Virus record (IMG/VR): IMGVR_UViG_3300028595_000010
Strand: one strand, 5' to 3'
DNA: 64,000 nt
Source of the DNA: an uncultured virus (IMG/VR IMGVR_UViG_3300028595_000010)
Lineage: Duplodnaviria > Heunggongvirae > Uroviricota > Caudoviricetes
The first letter of the stretch is position 1. Every line of letters starts with the position of its first letter. Below, one piece after another: positions 20,853-30,845 of the stretch. The notes below the pieces were generated by a model that worked only from the letters and a program-made list of their open reading frames with translations, was not told where the DNA came from and ran no database searches. The position numbers were made by a program, and so were the translations under genes.

Positions 20853-21304
20853 CACGCCCCATTTGTCAAGTTCTGTTTTTTACGAACGTAAATTCTCATT
20901 TGATTTTGTAATTTTATTTGAAGTCTTGTTCGTACCGCTTTATCTTTAACTGACGCAACAGCAGCCATGTCATGATTTATTCTTGCAATCATTCCATCTA
21001 TAACCCTAGCATAACATCCTTTAAGACATCTTTCGTCATTACATCTAATTTTACATCGCTGCTTGTTTAATTTGTACATCTTATACAAAAATACCCCAAT
21101 CGGAACCCCTACACTAGTAGCAAATGATTTCTTCCAAGGTCCTTTCTTCCCAGCATACTGCCCATATGATTGAGCATTAACTGGACGAAGAACTGCAGCC
21201 AATCCGCCTTTGACATATCTCTGCCAAGATGGATCTTCATCTGACCAGGAATTTGCTTCAAGCAATAATGATAATTCTTTGTACATTAATTTGTAACCTT
21301 CCAA
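20852..21304 (-). CDS. hypothetical protein with Cys-rich C-terminus
   Basis: Hydrophobic helix, then CKIRC....CLKGC and coiled coil; resembles the ORF at 18462. Confidence 0.6.
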   Translation of the reverse strand: MEGYKLMYKELSLLLEANSWSDEDPSWQRYVKGGLAAVLRPVNAQSYGQYAGKKGPWKKSFATSVGVPIGVFLYKMYKLNKQRCKIRCNDERCLKGCYARVIDGMIARINHDMAAVASVKDKAVRTRLQIKLQNQMRIYVRKKQNLTNGA

Positions 21305-21804
21305 GATTTTACATAAGACATCAACAAATCTCGTCTAAAATAAGGACCAGGACACAATTCTTCGGCTTCAGATATTTCGTGATGTAATACAATATTACTA
21401 GGAGGTATGAAAAACGTCCTCATCATAGGTATTACTACACGGTACGCCAACTGCTGATAATAGCGTTCTCCTGGGTTTTCATTATGAAAGTCACCTACAG
21501 TACCAATGTGAATTGCGTGGTCATAGGGCGGCTTAATATCGTCATATTCACACCTTGCAAAAAGAGGTCTTGCTACAAGAGTTGCATAATCGTCGCCTAT
21601 TTTGTCAATGACAAAATGATATGGAAGTTCATATTCAGCGTTCAAAATAAAATTAGACGATTTCATTTTGTCTATTTGATATTTTGAACTATCCGTTAAA
21701 AGCTCATGGATACCATCAAATTGACAAACTACATCATGAATTATAATGTATCGAAATCTTCTCCTTGCTACAGGAAGAAGTTTGGGGCGAAATGGTAATC
21801 TCAT
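21286..21804 (-). CDS. N-acetylmuramoyl-L-alanine amidase (Amidase_2 fold)
   Basis: YIIIHD, YHFVID, VLHHEI and CPG zinc-amidase motifs. Confidence 0.75.
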   Translation of the reverse strand: MRLPFRPKLLPVARRRFRYIIIHDVVCQFDGIHELLTDSSKYQIDKMKSSNFILNAEYELPYHFVIDKIGDDYATLVARPLFARCEYDDIKPPYDHAIHIGTVGDFHNENPGERYYQQLAYRVVIPMMRTFFIPPSNIVLHHEISEAEELCPGPYFRRDLLMSYVKSWKVTN

Positions 21805-21822
21805 ATGCTTTTAATTTTTGTT

Positions 21823-23034
21823 CTATCGATCTGAACCGCTAACATTAGGTGGCGGCTGAGTATATCGTTTTGTTTCTAATGGAGGAATTTGAATTGTTCC
21901 GCCTCTTTTGTCGTCTTCTGGCTCAATCTCATCTATGCCTGCCTGACCAGATGGACCTCCTCGATCTCCATTTGGAGTTGCTTCAGTTGCTTCAGTTGCC
22001 GATCCAGCTTGTCCAGCACTACCTGGTGGCTGAGATGCTCCTTGTTGTAATGCCAATGAAGATCCATCTATTGCTACTACTCCACTAGCATTAACATTTG
22101 CAATTGCTCCACCTATAGATGCAGACATACTTCCTTTAACATTCGCTTGAGCACCTTCAATATTAGCATTTCCAGTAGCTTTTATGTTCGCATCTTTGAT
22201 TGATTCAATATTAGTATTGCCTAAAGATTTCACATTTGCATCCCCACCAGATTCAATATTAATTTTCTCTTTTGCTTTTAGATTTATGTTTTTTGCTTTC
22301 ACATTTACATCAGCAGACGAAGTCAACTCTATGTTTTGTTGTGCTGTAATTTTTATAGTCTTAGCAGCTTTAACATTTATCTCACCATCAGGAACCTCAA
22401 TATCAATCTTTCCATTTGTAGTATTGATATTTATGTAGTTTCCCCGATGATCCTTAATGAGAATCTTCTCTTTCCCATCTCTTTCATCAATAAGGATAGT
22501 AGATTGATTTCCATCTATATCATATACAGAAGATGGAGATCCTGATTGGGTTGCTCCGTCAGCAATCTTTCTTTTCTTTCCAGTAATCTCTACTCGTGCA
22601 TCATTAGTATCATCCGATACAATAATAATTCTGCCTTGATGACTTTTGAATATTGTCCACTTTTTTTCGTAATCGTACTGCTGATTTTCTATCGGAGCAT
22701 TCTGTTGGCCAAAATCAGCGCCAGCAATATACCTAGGAGTATTAGGATTACCAGCCTCGAAAAATACATATACATAACTTCCTAAAGAAGGGACCATCCA
22801 CATCCCTTGATATACTTGATCAGCGCCATCAGTCTCTTCTAGAGTATTAGCACCACCTATTACATTATTCGCTGGACGTGCCCAGATACCAAAATCATCA
22901 TCAATTTCGGGCATAAGATCTGGTATCCATATCTTGACCTTGCCTTGCTTATCGGGATCTTTAGCATCGATTACTTTTGCCCTATAAATACCAAGCCAAG
23001 TGAACTCAGGATCATATTCATTAGCATTGGGCAT
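21823..23034 (-). CDS. baseplate hub/spike protein (T4 gp5/VgrG-like)
   Basis: GIYRAKVIDAKDPDKQGKVKIWIP OB-fold motif, VYVFFEAGNPNTP, then beta-helix repeats. Confidence 0.85.
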   Translation of the reverse strand: MPNANEYDPEFTWLGIYRAKVIDAKDPDKQGKVKIWIPDLMPEIDDDFGIWARPANNVIGGANTLEETDGADQVYQGMWMVPSLGSYVYVFFEAGNPNTPRYIAGADFGQQNAPIENQQYDYEKKWTIFKSHQGRIIIVSDDTNDARVEITGKKRKIADGATQSGSPSSVYDIDGNQSTILIDERDGKEKILIKDHRGNYININTTNGKIDIEVPDGEINVKAAKTIKITAQQNIELTSSADVNVKAKNINLKAKEKINIESGGDANVKSLGNTNIESIKDANIKATGNANIEGAQANVKGSMSASIGGAIANVNASGVVAIDGSSLALQQGASQPPGSAGQAGSATEATEATPNGDRGGPSGQAGIDEIEPEDDKRGGTIQIPPLETKRYTQPPPNVSGSDR

Positions 23035-23043
23035 TTAAAACTC

Positions 23044-23919
23044 CTAAATGCGTTCGAAAATATTTTCAATTTTACTAAATAGTTTCAAATGAAATCTCTC
23101 TAGTCCTTGTGGGAATATAGTGGTAGCGCTAATCGTTGATGCACCTGCAGTAGCCATGAATCTCATTCCATCTTCAAACGCTGCTAATGAAATGGGGCCA
23201 TTGAATATTCTAATTATTGTAGCCGCAAACTCATGAACACTAATTCCGTGCAGTACTCCACTATCAGACATACACTTAATAAATTGCCTAACATCATTGA
23301 AGTCATAATCTTCAAGATCTACCTCAAAAGCATCTTTTCTTACTTTAGACATAGTTCCTGATTTAAGGTATGCCTGCTTCTGTTTCATTCCAAAAAATGA
23401 AACGAATGTATATAAACTAACTAGAAATCTTAATTTTGGTATCTCGCTAACATAGCTACCAATTAATCCATAACGCTTTGCAAAAATCTTAATGTAAATC
23501 GAAGACATAAAATCTGCTAATGTATCAGCCATCTTCGATGGAATAGGTTTTATTGTAAAGTAGGTTACTAGATATGAATATAGAATTATTGCGTAAATAT
23601 CTCTTGGATCAACATTAAGAATTGATCTTCTACCAAACACATTTGTATTTACAACAATTCTATGTTCTTTTTTATTATATACCCCAGGAAGTGGGTATCG
23701 TGGCAATACAGTAAAATCAAAATTCTTAAACCCATTTGCAATCTGCTTCTCAATAATCTTCTTTGACCAATGAGATCCGACTTTTCTCAAATACAACTTA
23801 GTCGTATCAATGATCTGCATTACATCCTCTTCTGAAATTTTATGAGCATCAATCGCAGCTTGTGGAAAATCAAGAATATTGCTTGTTCCCGCAAGAAGAC
23901 TAAGTTTTTCTTTTATCAT
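23044..23919 (-). CDS. hypothetical protein
   Basis: 291 aa ORF within the baseplate cluster. Confidence 0.7.
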   Translation of the reverse strand: MIKEKLSLLAGTSNILDFPQAAIDAHKISEEDVMQIIDTTKLYLRKVGSHWSKKIIEKQIANGFKNFDFTVLPRYPLPGVYNKKEHRIVVNTNVFGRRSILNVDPRDIYAIILYSYLVTYFTIKPIPSKMADTLADFMSSIYIKIFAKRYGLIGSYVSEIPKLRFLVSLYTFVSFFGMKQKQAYLKSGTMSKVRKDAFEVDLEDYDFNDVRQFIKCMSDSGVLHGISVHEFAATIIRIFNGPISLAAFEDGMRFMATAGASTISATTIFPQGLERFHLKLFSKIENIFERI

Positions 23920-23920
23920 A

Positions 23921-24682
23921 TCATGAAATCTTTATTACTGTTATATTTTCATTTTCCTCTCGGCCATCAATGAATTGTATAGAATTCGTACTGGCCTCAA
24001 CATAATCAATTCCTCTAATCATTAACATTTGATTAGAATAAACCAAAAGCTGATTAGATGCTTGAATATATGTAAATGATAAATTGAATTCGATTTGTCC
24101 AGACGTAGCAATAAATTCTTGCCTATTCACTGTTGCTCCGCCTCCACCAGTTCCAGATGAGGATGAAGATGATGATGGACTAACTCCAGACGATGATGAT
24201 GAAGATGAACTCTCATCTGGATCCTTCTTAGATTCCAATTTGCTTGAATATAAACTTTTAAGTCTTTTATAAGATGGAACTTTATTGAGTTCTTCTACAT
24301 CTAGTGCTTTTAAAGCCGAATCATTATACTTTGCAATTTCTGATATTGCATCATAATCGGGAACTAAAACTTCAGGACCTGTAAACAATTCAATAGATGG
24401 AATATCATTTACATACATCAGTATAGGCCATAACACCGTTGTCCCATATACATCAAATGATAAGTAATCTGGCCTATAAAAATACTTTTCCTCAAGCTCA
24501 ATAAGAGTAGATCTACTGATTAAAGTGAATCTATATCTATTCAGAATAGTTAAAGAAGGACCGACAAAGAAGACGTCAATATCAGAATCTTTAGTTTTAT
24601 ATTGACGTCTGAAGTTATCAATATCTACAGCTAATGATGCTTGTAGTTTTGCTTCTTCATCTATTGTGGTAGATTGTGGCAT
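23921..24682 (-). CDS. baseplate wedge protein (T4 gp53-like) with poly-Ser linker and extra C-terminal domain
   Basis: YRPDYLSFDVYGTTVLWPILMYVN gp53/LysM-like motif. Confidence 0.7.
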   Translation of the reverse strand: MPQSTTIDEEAKLQASLAVDIDNFRRQYKTKDSDIDVFFVGPSLTILNRYRFTLISRSTLIELEEKYFYRPDYLSFDVYGTTVLWPILMYVNDIPSIELFTGPEVLVPDYDAISEIAKYNDSALKALDVEELNKVPSYKRLKSLYSSKLESKKDPDESSSSSSSSGVSPSSSSSSSGTGGGGATVNRQEFIATSGQIEFNLSFTYIQASNQLLVYSNQMLMIRGIDYVEASTNSIQFIDGREENENITVIKIS

Positions 24683-25356
24683 TAAAGAATCTGTCCATTG
24701 CCTGTATCATTTACAATACCGGGATAATTGCCATTAGACCAACTAAGATTTTTACAATCCTTCATTTTGACCTGACAAAGAGCAATAATCCTGTCTTTTT
24801 CAGTATCATCAATTGGGAATTCTTTAAGGAGTGACATATAATCTCCGTGAACCAACTCAATAGGAAGATCAAGATATCCATTATGATACTTCTCATGAAG
24901 ATTGCTCAAAAGAGGCATATATCCAACTTTATTCTTAAAGTGTAACTCAATTACATCTGTAGCAACATCAAATGTGCAGAACTCTTGGTCATTAGAGAGT
25001 TTCTTATTTACAAGTGCCTTGCAAATAGTGTATAAAGAAATTGGATGATGATGTATTTCAACCTTAGTCTCATTCATAGTTTCTTCAGTTAACGCGCATG
25101 CATCATGACCAAGGTTTTCGGTTATATATCCGTGCCAGAGTTTATACTCCACACTTCTTCTAACTTGATATTCTACACACTTAATAAATTTATCTAACTC
25201 TTTTTCAGAATTAAATGATTTAACTCTAAGAGACAATGAAAATGGACTGTCCTTTGTGTGTAAAGTAAGACTATCTTCATCGCTATCTATGACAGCTACT
25301 ACAGGTTCATTCTTTTCTTCTTCCCCGATGATTTCAGCTTCAAGTCTTAAATCCAT
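24682..25356 (-). CDS. hypothetical protein with HNH-like metal-binding motif
   Basis: C...EIHHHP...LHEKYH. Confidence 0.55.
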   Translation of the reverse strand: MDLRLEAEIIGEEEKNEPVVAVIDSDEDSLTLHTKDSPFSLSLRVKSFNSEKELDKFIKCVEYQVRRSVEYKLWHGYITENLGHDACALTEETMNETKVEIHHHPISLYTICKALVNKKLSNDQEFCTFDVATDVIELHFKNKVGYMPLLSNLHEKYHNGYLDLPIELVHGDYMSLLKEFPIDDTEKDRIIALCQVKMKDCKNLSWSNGNYPGIVNDTGNGQIL

Positions 25357-26789
25357 TATTGCTTACCTCCATATTTTTCAAACAATGTCTGTACTTTTTG
25401 CGCGGTAAGCATCTTAACTGCTGCGGCTTCAGATGTCAAATTGCGGAAATTGATTTTCTTGAACTTTCCAATAACTCTAGAAGTAAATCTAGATAATTGG
25501 TCTGCATCCTTATAGAGATCAGATGCTTGCAAACTTTTATATACGTGAGAATATGGAATTTTAGTACACATTCCTCCTTCAACGCCAGTACAAAATGTAA
25601 ATTCTTGATCCTTATCATCAGCAATACCAATACTATTCCATCCTAATTGATATAGATGTTGCAATTTGTTAGGATCATTAAAAATTCTTGAATGGGGATT
25701 TCGTATATCATCTGAACTGAATACAACAATTGCAGAAGAATATCTTCTAGATTTCCCTTTACTTCTACCACCTCTTTGGAATGTACTGGAATTGATAATT
25801 CCTTGTTTATTGAGGATGATATCTTTGTATACGCTAACATTCTCTTTAGATCTAGTAAGTCTAAATAATGCCTTTGCTACAGGACTGAGATATCTAGCTA
25901 ATCCACTAACAATTCCCCTAGATGCTGATTTGAACATAGCAGAGAATTTATTTGAGAAATAGTCCTGCATCATTGCATCATAGATATCCCCGAAATTTTC
26001 AGCAACAATTGGGACAATCTTAACACTGATAGGAATTTCTCTTTCAGCAATATCCACATCTGGAAAAGGATCCACACTCATCCTTTCTGGTTTTCTTACT
26101 TCTACAAAAGCTTTTACTGTTGTAGATGTGGGGCGAAGATCCAAAGCCGCGGTTGTATCAATCTTGAGAGATCCTGCGCCTCCAACCATTCCGACACCGC
26201 GTTTCTTTTCAGCTTCTTTTTCTCTCTTTTCTCTTTCAACTTCTTCCTCGTATTTAGCACGAGTCTGCATCATAATCCTTCGATATTCGTCTATTTTCCT
26301 CTCCATTTGTTTTATAATATCACGCTCAGAATATAATTCTTCTTCAAGCTTTGATATTTCTCTCTTTAAAAATAAACAGTCGGAATGATTACGAGTTTTA
26401 TTTTTAATACATATATCGTAATCATTTTTAAATCCGTCTATAGCACTTGCTTTAACTCTTTCAAATTGTTTGCACTTGCCTACATCATGTTCTAGCTCTT
26501 TTATTTTTGCATCAAGATCTTTTACTATTGGAAGATTATAAGAATCCAAAGTTTGCTCTTTAAGGAACTTAAGATCTAATCCAAGATCTTCAGGTTCATA
26601 TGCAGATTCCATACGAATCTCAGAATACTTACCAGATATTCTACTTCTAGAAATGACTAAATTGACTTCCTGTGTAGCAATATCTGAAACTATCTTTTGC
26701 AAAAAGAATAGCTCCATTGATTTGATAATGCCAGGTAGATATTTTCGATCTACCTTATCTGAAATTACTGCGGGATATACAAAAAGCAT
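25356..26789 (-). CDS. hypothetical protein, possibly virion
   Basis: 477 aa with a central coiled coil. Confidence 0.65.
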   Translation of the reverse strand: MLFVYPAVISDKVDRKYLPGIIKSMELFFLQKIVSDIATQEVNLVISRSRISGKYSEIRMESAYEPEDLGLDLKFLKEQTLDSYNLPIVKDLDAKIKELEHDVGKCKQFERVKASAIDGFKNDYDICIKNKTRNHSDCLFLKREISKLEEELYSERDIIKQMERKIDEYRRIMMQTRAKYEEEVEREKREKEAEKKRGVGMVGGAGSLKIDTTAALDLRPTSTTVKAFVEVRKPERMSVDPFPDVDIAEREIPISVKIVPIVAENFGDIYDAMMQDYFSNKFSAMFKSASRGIVSGLARYLSPVAKALFRLTRSKENVSVYKDIILNKQGIINSSTFQRGGRSKGKSRRYSSAIVVFSSDDIRNPHSRIFNDPNKLQHLYQLGWNSIGIADDKDQEFTFCTGVEGGMCTKIPYSHVYKSLQASDLYKDADQLSRFTSRVIGKFKKINFRNLTSEAAAVKMLTAQKVQTLFEKYGGKQ

Positions 26790-26805
26790 AAGTTCTATCC
26801 TTCAC

Positions 26806-27087
26806 TTACCAGAGTTCTACTATATTTTTTTGACCCAATTGTTTCTTCTTTAACTTATTCTTCTTAAGTAGAGAAGATATGTTTCTGATTTTATTTGTTT
26901 TGTTAACCACAGAATTCTTAATTGGGTCAGATTCCTCCCCACATAATTCCTGCTGATGTGCAGTTATTTTATCTTCAATCTCAGATTGAGATTTTACAGT
27001 TTGATTTTTAGCTGCTGGTGGAGGAACAGTAGGGGACGGATTAGAAACTTTTTCTCGAGAGATTTTTTGAATTAACCTCTCGTACAT
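26806..27087 (-). CDS. hypothetical protein
   Basis: 93 aa ORF in operon. Confidence 0.55.
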   Translation of the reverse strand: MYERLIQKISREKVSNPSPTVPPPAAKNQTVKSQSEIEDKITAHQQELCGEESDPIKNSVVNKTNKIRNISSLLKKNKLKKKQLGQKNIVELW

Positions 27088-27089
27088 TA

Positions 27090-27641
27090 TTATATCTTCT
27101 TAGCAGACAAAGCAATCCGTACAAGAGAAGATCTCATCATTCTGTGAGCATCTTCAAGAATCTTACAATCAACATCACATTTAGATGTGGCCTTTTTACT
27201 CTCAAGAACAGGAATGCCGATCATTAGATTATCAAGAGCTAGTTCAAGAAACTTCTCCTGTATTACCTTATCTCCAAACTCATTTATGTCATCAATACCA
27301 TACTTGGTAGCTTCGGTCATCACAATGCCTTTAAGCTTCTTCTTGACAGATTCTTTTATCAAAAGTTTTCCAGCAAGTTTCTTAGACTTAATAGCATCCT
27401 GTTTCGCACTTTCTTGAAGTGCCTTAATTTCCGAAGGAACATCTTCAGTAGGAACGTATTGAACTTTTTGCCAGTATTCAAAGAGGTTGCTTAGAACACT
27501 TGCCTTGAGGGCAGTGTACTCTTTAAATGCCTTTCCTTCCTTAATAACTGACCTTGCATGTCCATTCAGTAAAACTGAATCAATCGCATACCAGTTTTCT
27601 AGGAGTTTAGAGATAACTTTCTTTCTTGTGGACTTGTTCAT
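27090..27641 (-). CDS. hypothetical protein, possibly prohead core/scaffold
   Basis: Many (I/L/M/V)xE sites in 183 aa. Confidence 0.55.
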   Translation of the reverse strand: MNKSTRKKVISKLLENWYAIDSVLLNGHARSVIKEGKAFKEYTALKASVLSNLFEYWQKVQYVPTEDVPSEIKALQESAKQDAIKSKKLAGKLLIKESVKKKLKGIVMTEATKYGIDDINEFGDKVIQEKFLELALDNLMIGIPVLESKKATSKCDVDCKILEDAHRMMRSSLVRIALSAKKI

Positions 27642-27707
27642 AATCTTAGAACCCTTTAGACGTGATTAGCGTATCGTTTATATTTTGTTCTTTAATACAA
27701 TGAGACG

Positions 27708-29012
27708 CTATTCCGCAGTTTCTAGATCATCTGGTATCGATACGGTCTTGTATTGATCGATGATTAATTTCTGAATGGAAGCCTGTGCAACCTTATCATA
27801 TGCTTCTTTGAACTTAGGATCAGATTCATATTTCTTAAGACATCCTTTAGTGCCTTGCCATTTCATGTCTGGATATTCAACTAAATGTTGCCAAGCAGTT
27901 CCAGTGATGATTTTGTTTTGCTTCATGAAGTTGAAATTGGTCCAGAAGTTCGAAATCCCTGTATTGAAGTCAACAATTAATTGAATAGGAATATTCGGAG
28001 TAAATAGCTTATTCTTCACACATTTAGCTTCCAGCATAACTCCACTAAATTCCCATTGTTCAGGTTTCAAATCTCCCTTAACCTTCAAAAGCAAAAGATG
28101 GAATGCATTAAACTTAATAGAATTGCCTCCGGGCATATTCTTATCGCCCATCCATCTCAAATCTGGAGCGGGAGTAAACTGTCCCATACTAATATTATCT
28201 CTGAGTTGATTCACACAAATCAAAGACATATTGTGCTCTCTCAATTTTGAGATGTATCTTGGCAGAACAACCGACAGGATTCTGGCTCTCAGCCCGATAA
28301 CACTGTTTACTCCAGTTTCAGAATCTGATCTTTCTAGCTCTGTTGTGGTATTAGCAATTGAATCCCATGCAACAATTCCTGGATATTCAGTAATACCCTT
28401 AACCGCTTTAAAGGCACAAAGCGCCTCAATGGTCTTAAATACACCTTCAACCGTAATGTCGTTATATGGGGTGATTGCAGGGCTTTTAGCACCTAATTGA
28501 TAGAGTCGCTCCTTTGTCATTGCAGACTCAGAGTCAAGATAAGCCGAAAGTAGTTTACCTTTGAATTTCTTCTGAGAATTACCTATTACTTGGCCTACCA
28601 GAGAACTCTTAAATGTTCCAGGATTTCCTGCAATAACTGACATAGTCCCTAATCCAAATCCTCCGCCAAGTACTGCATCAAGAAGATCAACTCCAGTTGG
28701 AAGAGTTTCTATTATCCCACTACTCTGCCCAATGTTGTCTCCAACCTTGGACTTAACAAAAGAAGTCAATTCTTTTGCAAGATCTAATGCGTCTGATTCT
28801 TCTTTTTTGGACAGCCCTTTATTCTTGAAATCTTTTTCTGTTTCGATCTTCTTTCCTTTAGCCTCTTTTTTGGCGACTTTAATCGCCTCTTTTTCAGCTT
28901 CAGTTAGAGTAGAATCAAGATTCTTTGACACACTATTTCTAAGTTGTGCATCCTCATTTGGTTTAGACTCTTCGTCAACAATTAGTCCGTCTTCATAAAT
29001 ATCATTACTCAT
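27708..29012 (-). CDS. uvsX: RecA/UvsX-like recombinase
   Basis: PTGVDLLDAVLGGG, Walker A GNPGTFKS, YLDSE, WDSIA, NQLR, PGG, KNK. Confidence 0.9.
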   Translation of the reverse strand: MSNDIYEDGLIVDEESKPNEDAQLRNSVSKNLDSTLTEAEKEAIKVAKKEAKGKKIETEKDFKNKGLSKKEESDALDLAKELTSFVKSKVGDNIGQSSGIIETLPTGVDLLDAVLGGGFGLGTMSVIAGNPGTFKSSLVGQVIGNSQKKFKGKLLSAYLDSESAMTKERLYQLGAKSPAITPYNDITVEGVFKTIEALCAFKAVKGITEYPGIVAWDSIANTTTELERSDSETGVNSVIGLRARILSVVLPRYISKLREHNMSLICVNQLRDNISMGQFTPAPDLRWMGDKNMPGGNSIKFNAFHLLLLKVKGDLKPEQWEFSGVMLEAKCVKNKLFTPNIPIQLIVDFNTGISNFWTNFNFMKQNKIITGTAWQHLVEYPDMKWQGTKGCLKKYESDPKFKEAYDKVAQASIQKLIIDQYKTVSIPDDLETAE

Positions 29013-29418
29013 TTGTAATCTCCAAATTCAATTCGTCTAATCCTAGTTCTTCTGCTTCTTTTTCAAGTATTGACAATGCATACCCTTGCTTATCAAGTTT
29101 GTCCACAAGTTGACGGATGTTAACTTCAGCGCCTTTAACGTCTCCATCTTTAGTGACTTTTCGTCTGATATCGATTTCACTAATAAGTAACTTATTAATC
29201 TCCTGCCTAACACTAAGTATAGTCTGATAGAAAGATGATACAACTTTAAGCTTATCATCTAAATAATGCATAGATCTAGCATCGATCTTTTTTGGAAATA
29301 CCGCACTAGCATCTTTTTGCATTTTTTCTAAATCAACTACATACCCTTCCAGACGAGTACGAGACTTACCCAGTTCTTCAATAAGAACATGGACTTGTGG
29401 ATCAACTTTCTCGAGCAT
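29005..29418 (-). CDS. hypothetical coiled-coil protein
   Basis: 137 aa ORF coupled to both neighbours. Confidence 0.65.
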   Translation of the reverse strand: MLEKVDPQVHVLIEELGKSRTRLEGYVVDLEKMQKDASAVFPKKIDARSMHYLDDKLKVVSSFYQTILSVRQEINKLLISEIDIRRKVTKDGDVKGAEVNIRQLVDKLDKQGYALSILEKEAEELGLDELNLEITNE

Positions 29419-30467
29419 TAATCTTCTCCCTCTGCAATAGCTTTAATCAAAAGACCTTCAGCCACTGCAGTTAGAGGATCATCGGCATATCTAATTTCTT
29501 TAATTTCAAATGGAATATCTTCGTCAGCCTCCACAATCCCCTTAAATAACTCTAGGAATCCTTTGGCTTTACTTGTGCCACCAGATACAATAATAGGCAC
29601 TTCATCTGGAAGATCCACATCTTCCAGCTCATCGGTAATTTTCTTCTTGATAACATCAAGAGTGTATCTGATAAGATCTGTGTAGTAATAAACAATTCCC
29701 TCACGAATCATTCGTTCTTTCTTACGGCCAATTCTGTAATTGCTCAGATCAGTATTGTTTTCTTTAATTGATGTGATTCGGTTTGGAACAGTCCCAAACT
29801 GGCGAGCTACAGAATCATCAATCCAATCTCCACCACGAGCTACCGAAAACGTCATTACAGGATTGCCTTTGTAAGCCATTGCTACATTTGACATGCCTGC
29901 ACCGTAACTAAATGCAAGACCTGTAAACTGATCTTCTGAGCATTCGGAGTAAACAATTGACATAGCTTCATTCAATGGAATAGCTGAATACCCCAACTCA
30001 GCAAAAATTCTCTTATATACATTCTGATGATAGATGATATCATTTTCCTTGTCTATAGATGCAGCCGGAACACCATATACACAAATTCCATCATCTGTTC
30101 TTCCGACCAGCTTTTCAATCATCATAGCGAGAACGTCCAACGCATCAATATCATCCATAGAGATGAGACCTTTCTGCATTGGTCGCTTTACTGGGCTTCC
30201 AAAGATGTTTGCATATCTATATGCATCTTCTCCAACAATATAAACCATATCTTCAGTCTCAACATAACTCATCTGAGTCAAATCGGTTGATCCTAAATTG
30301 GCCTTTTCAATAGGAAGATATACATTCCTCATTGTTGAGGTTTCTACTTCACCTTGATCATTTTGAATCGCCATTACCAAATTCATTGTCCCACAATCTA
30401 TGCCACACATCTTTTTGACTGGTATTGTGAGATCTATGATTGGTTCTTGATCTTTTTTAGCTGGCAT
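29418..30467 (-). CDS. actin-like ATPase (MreB/ParM/MamK superfamily)
   Basis: Phosphate 1 GIDCGT, connect 1 LNEAMS, phosphate 2 SYGAGMSNV, RGGDWID, adenosine VSGGTS, connect 2 DPLTAVAEG. Confidence 0.85.
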   Translation of the reverse strand: MPAKKDQEPIIDLTIPVKKMCGIDCGTMNLVMAIQNDQGEVETSTMRNVYLPIEKANLGSTDLTQMSYVETEDMVYIVGEDAYRYANIFGSPVKRPMQKGLISMDDIDALDVLAMMIEKLVGRTDDGICVYGVPAASIDKENDIIYHQNVYKRIFAELGYSAIPLNEAMSIVYSECSEDQFTGLAFSYGAGMSNVAMAYKGNPVMTFSVARGGDWIDDSVARQFGTVPNRITSIKENNTDLSNYRIGRKKERMIREGIVYYYTDLIRYTLDVIKKKITDELEDVDLPDEVPIIVSGGTSKAKGFLELFKGIVEADEDIPFEIKEIRYADDPLTAVAEGLLIKAIAEGED

Positions 30468-30840
30468 TTTCGTCTCCAGATTGTAGATTTTTCAATCCTT
30501 TTATATTAACTGAAATGTCTTTCTTCTTTGTCTGCTTCTGAGCAGCTGAAGTTCCTTTAGAGGTGCCTTCCTTTGCTTCGATAGTCGGAATGAAAGGCTT
30601 TGCCTCGTATTCATCAGTATTACTATTTATTATTTGTTCACTACTTTGAGCGACTTGTTGGTTAACTATTCGAATGTTTTTAATTGCTTCCTCTAGATCA
30701 TCTAGCTTATCTAATTTTTCTAGATTCTGGTTGAGTGAACGCAATTCTAATAAAATCTGATATAGAAGATTTAAATGAGGATCATCTTCATGTTTCCCAA
30801 GATGATCCTCAAGAATCTTCTGAGTCAGTTTCATACTCAT
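30457..30840 (-). CDS. small coiled-coil protein upstream of the actin-like gene
   Basis: Start moved to ATG at 30840 to avoid overlap with nrdJ; heptad-like segment and basic tail. Confidence 0.6.
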   Translation of the reverse strand: MSMKLTQKILEDHLGKHEDDPHLNLLYQILLELRSLNQNLEKLDKLDDLEEAIKNIRIVNQQVAQSSEQIINSNTDEYEAKPFIPTIEAKEGTSKGTSAAQKQTKKKDISVNIKGLKNLQSGDENAS

Positions 30841-30845
30841 AGTTT

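Noticed and set aside
24136..24215. GAT-rich microsatellite-like tract
   Set aside because: Encodes the poly-Ser/Gly linker of the baseplate protein.
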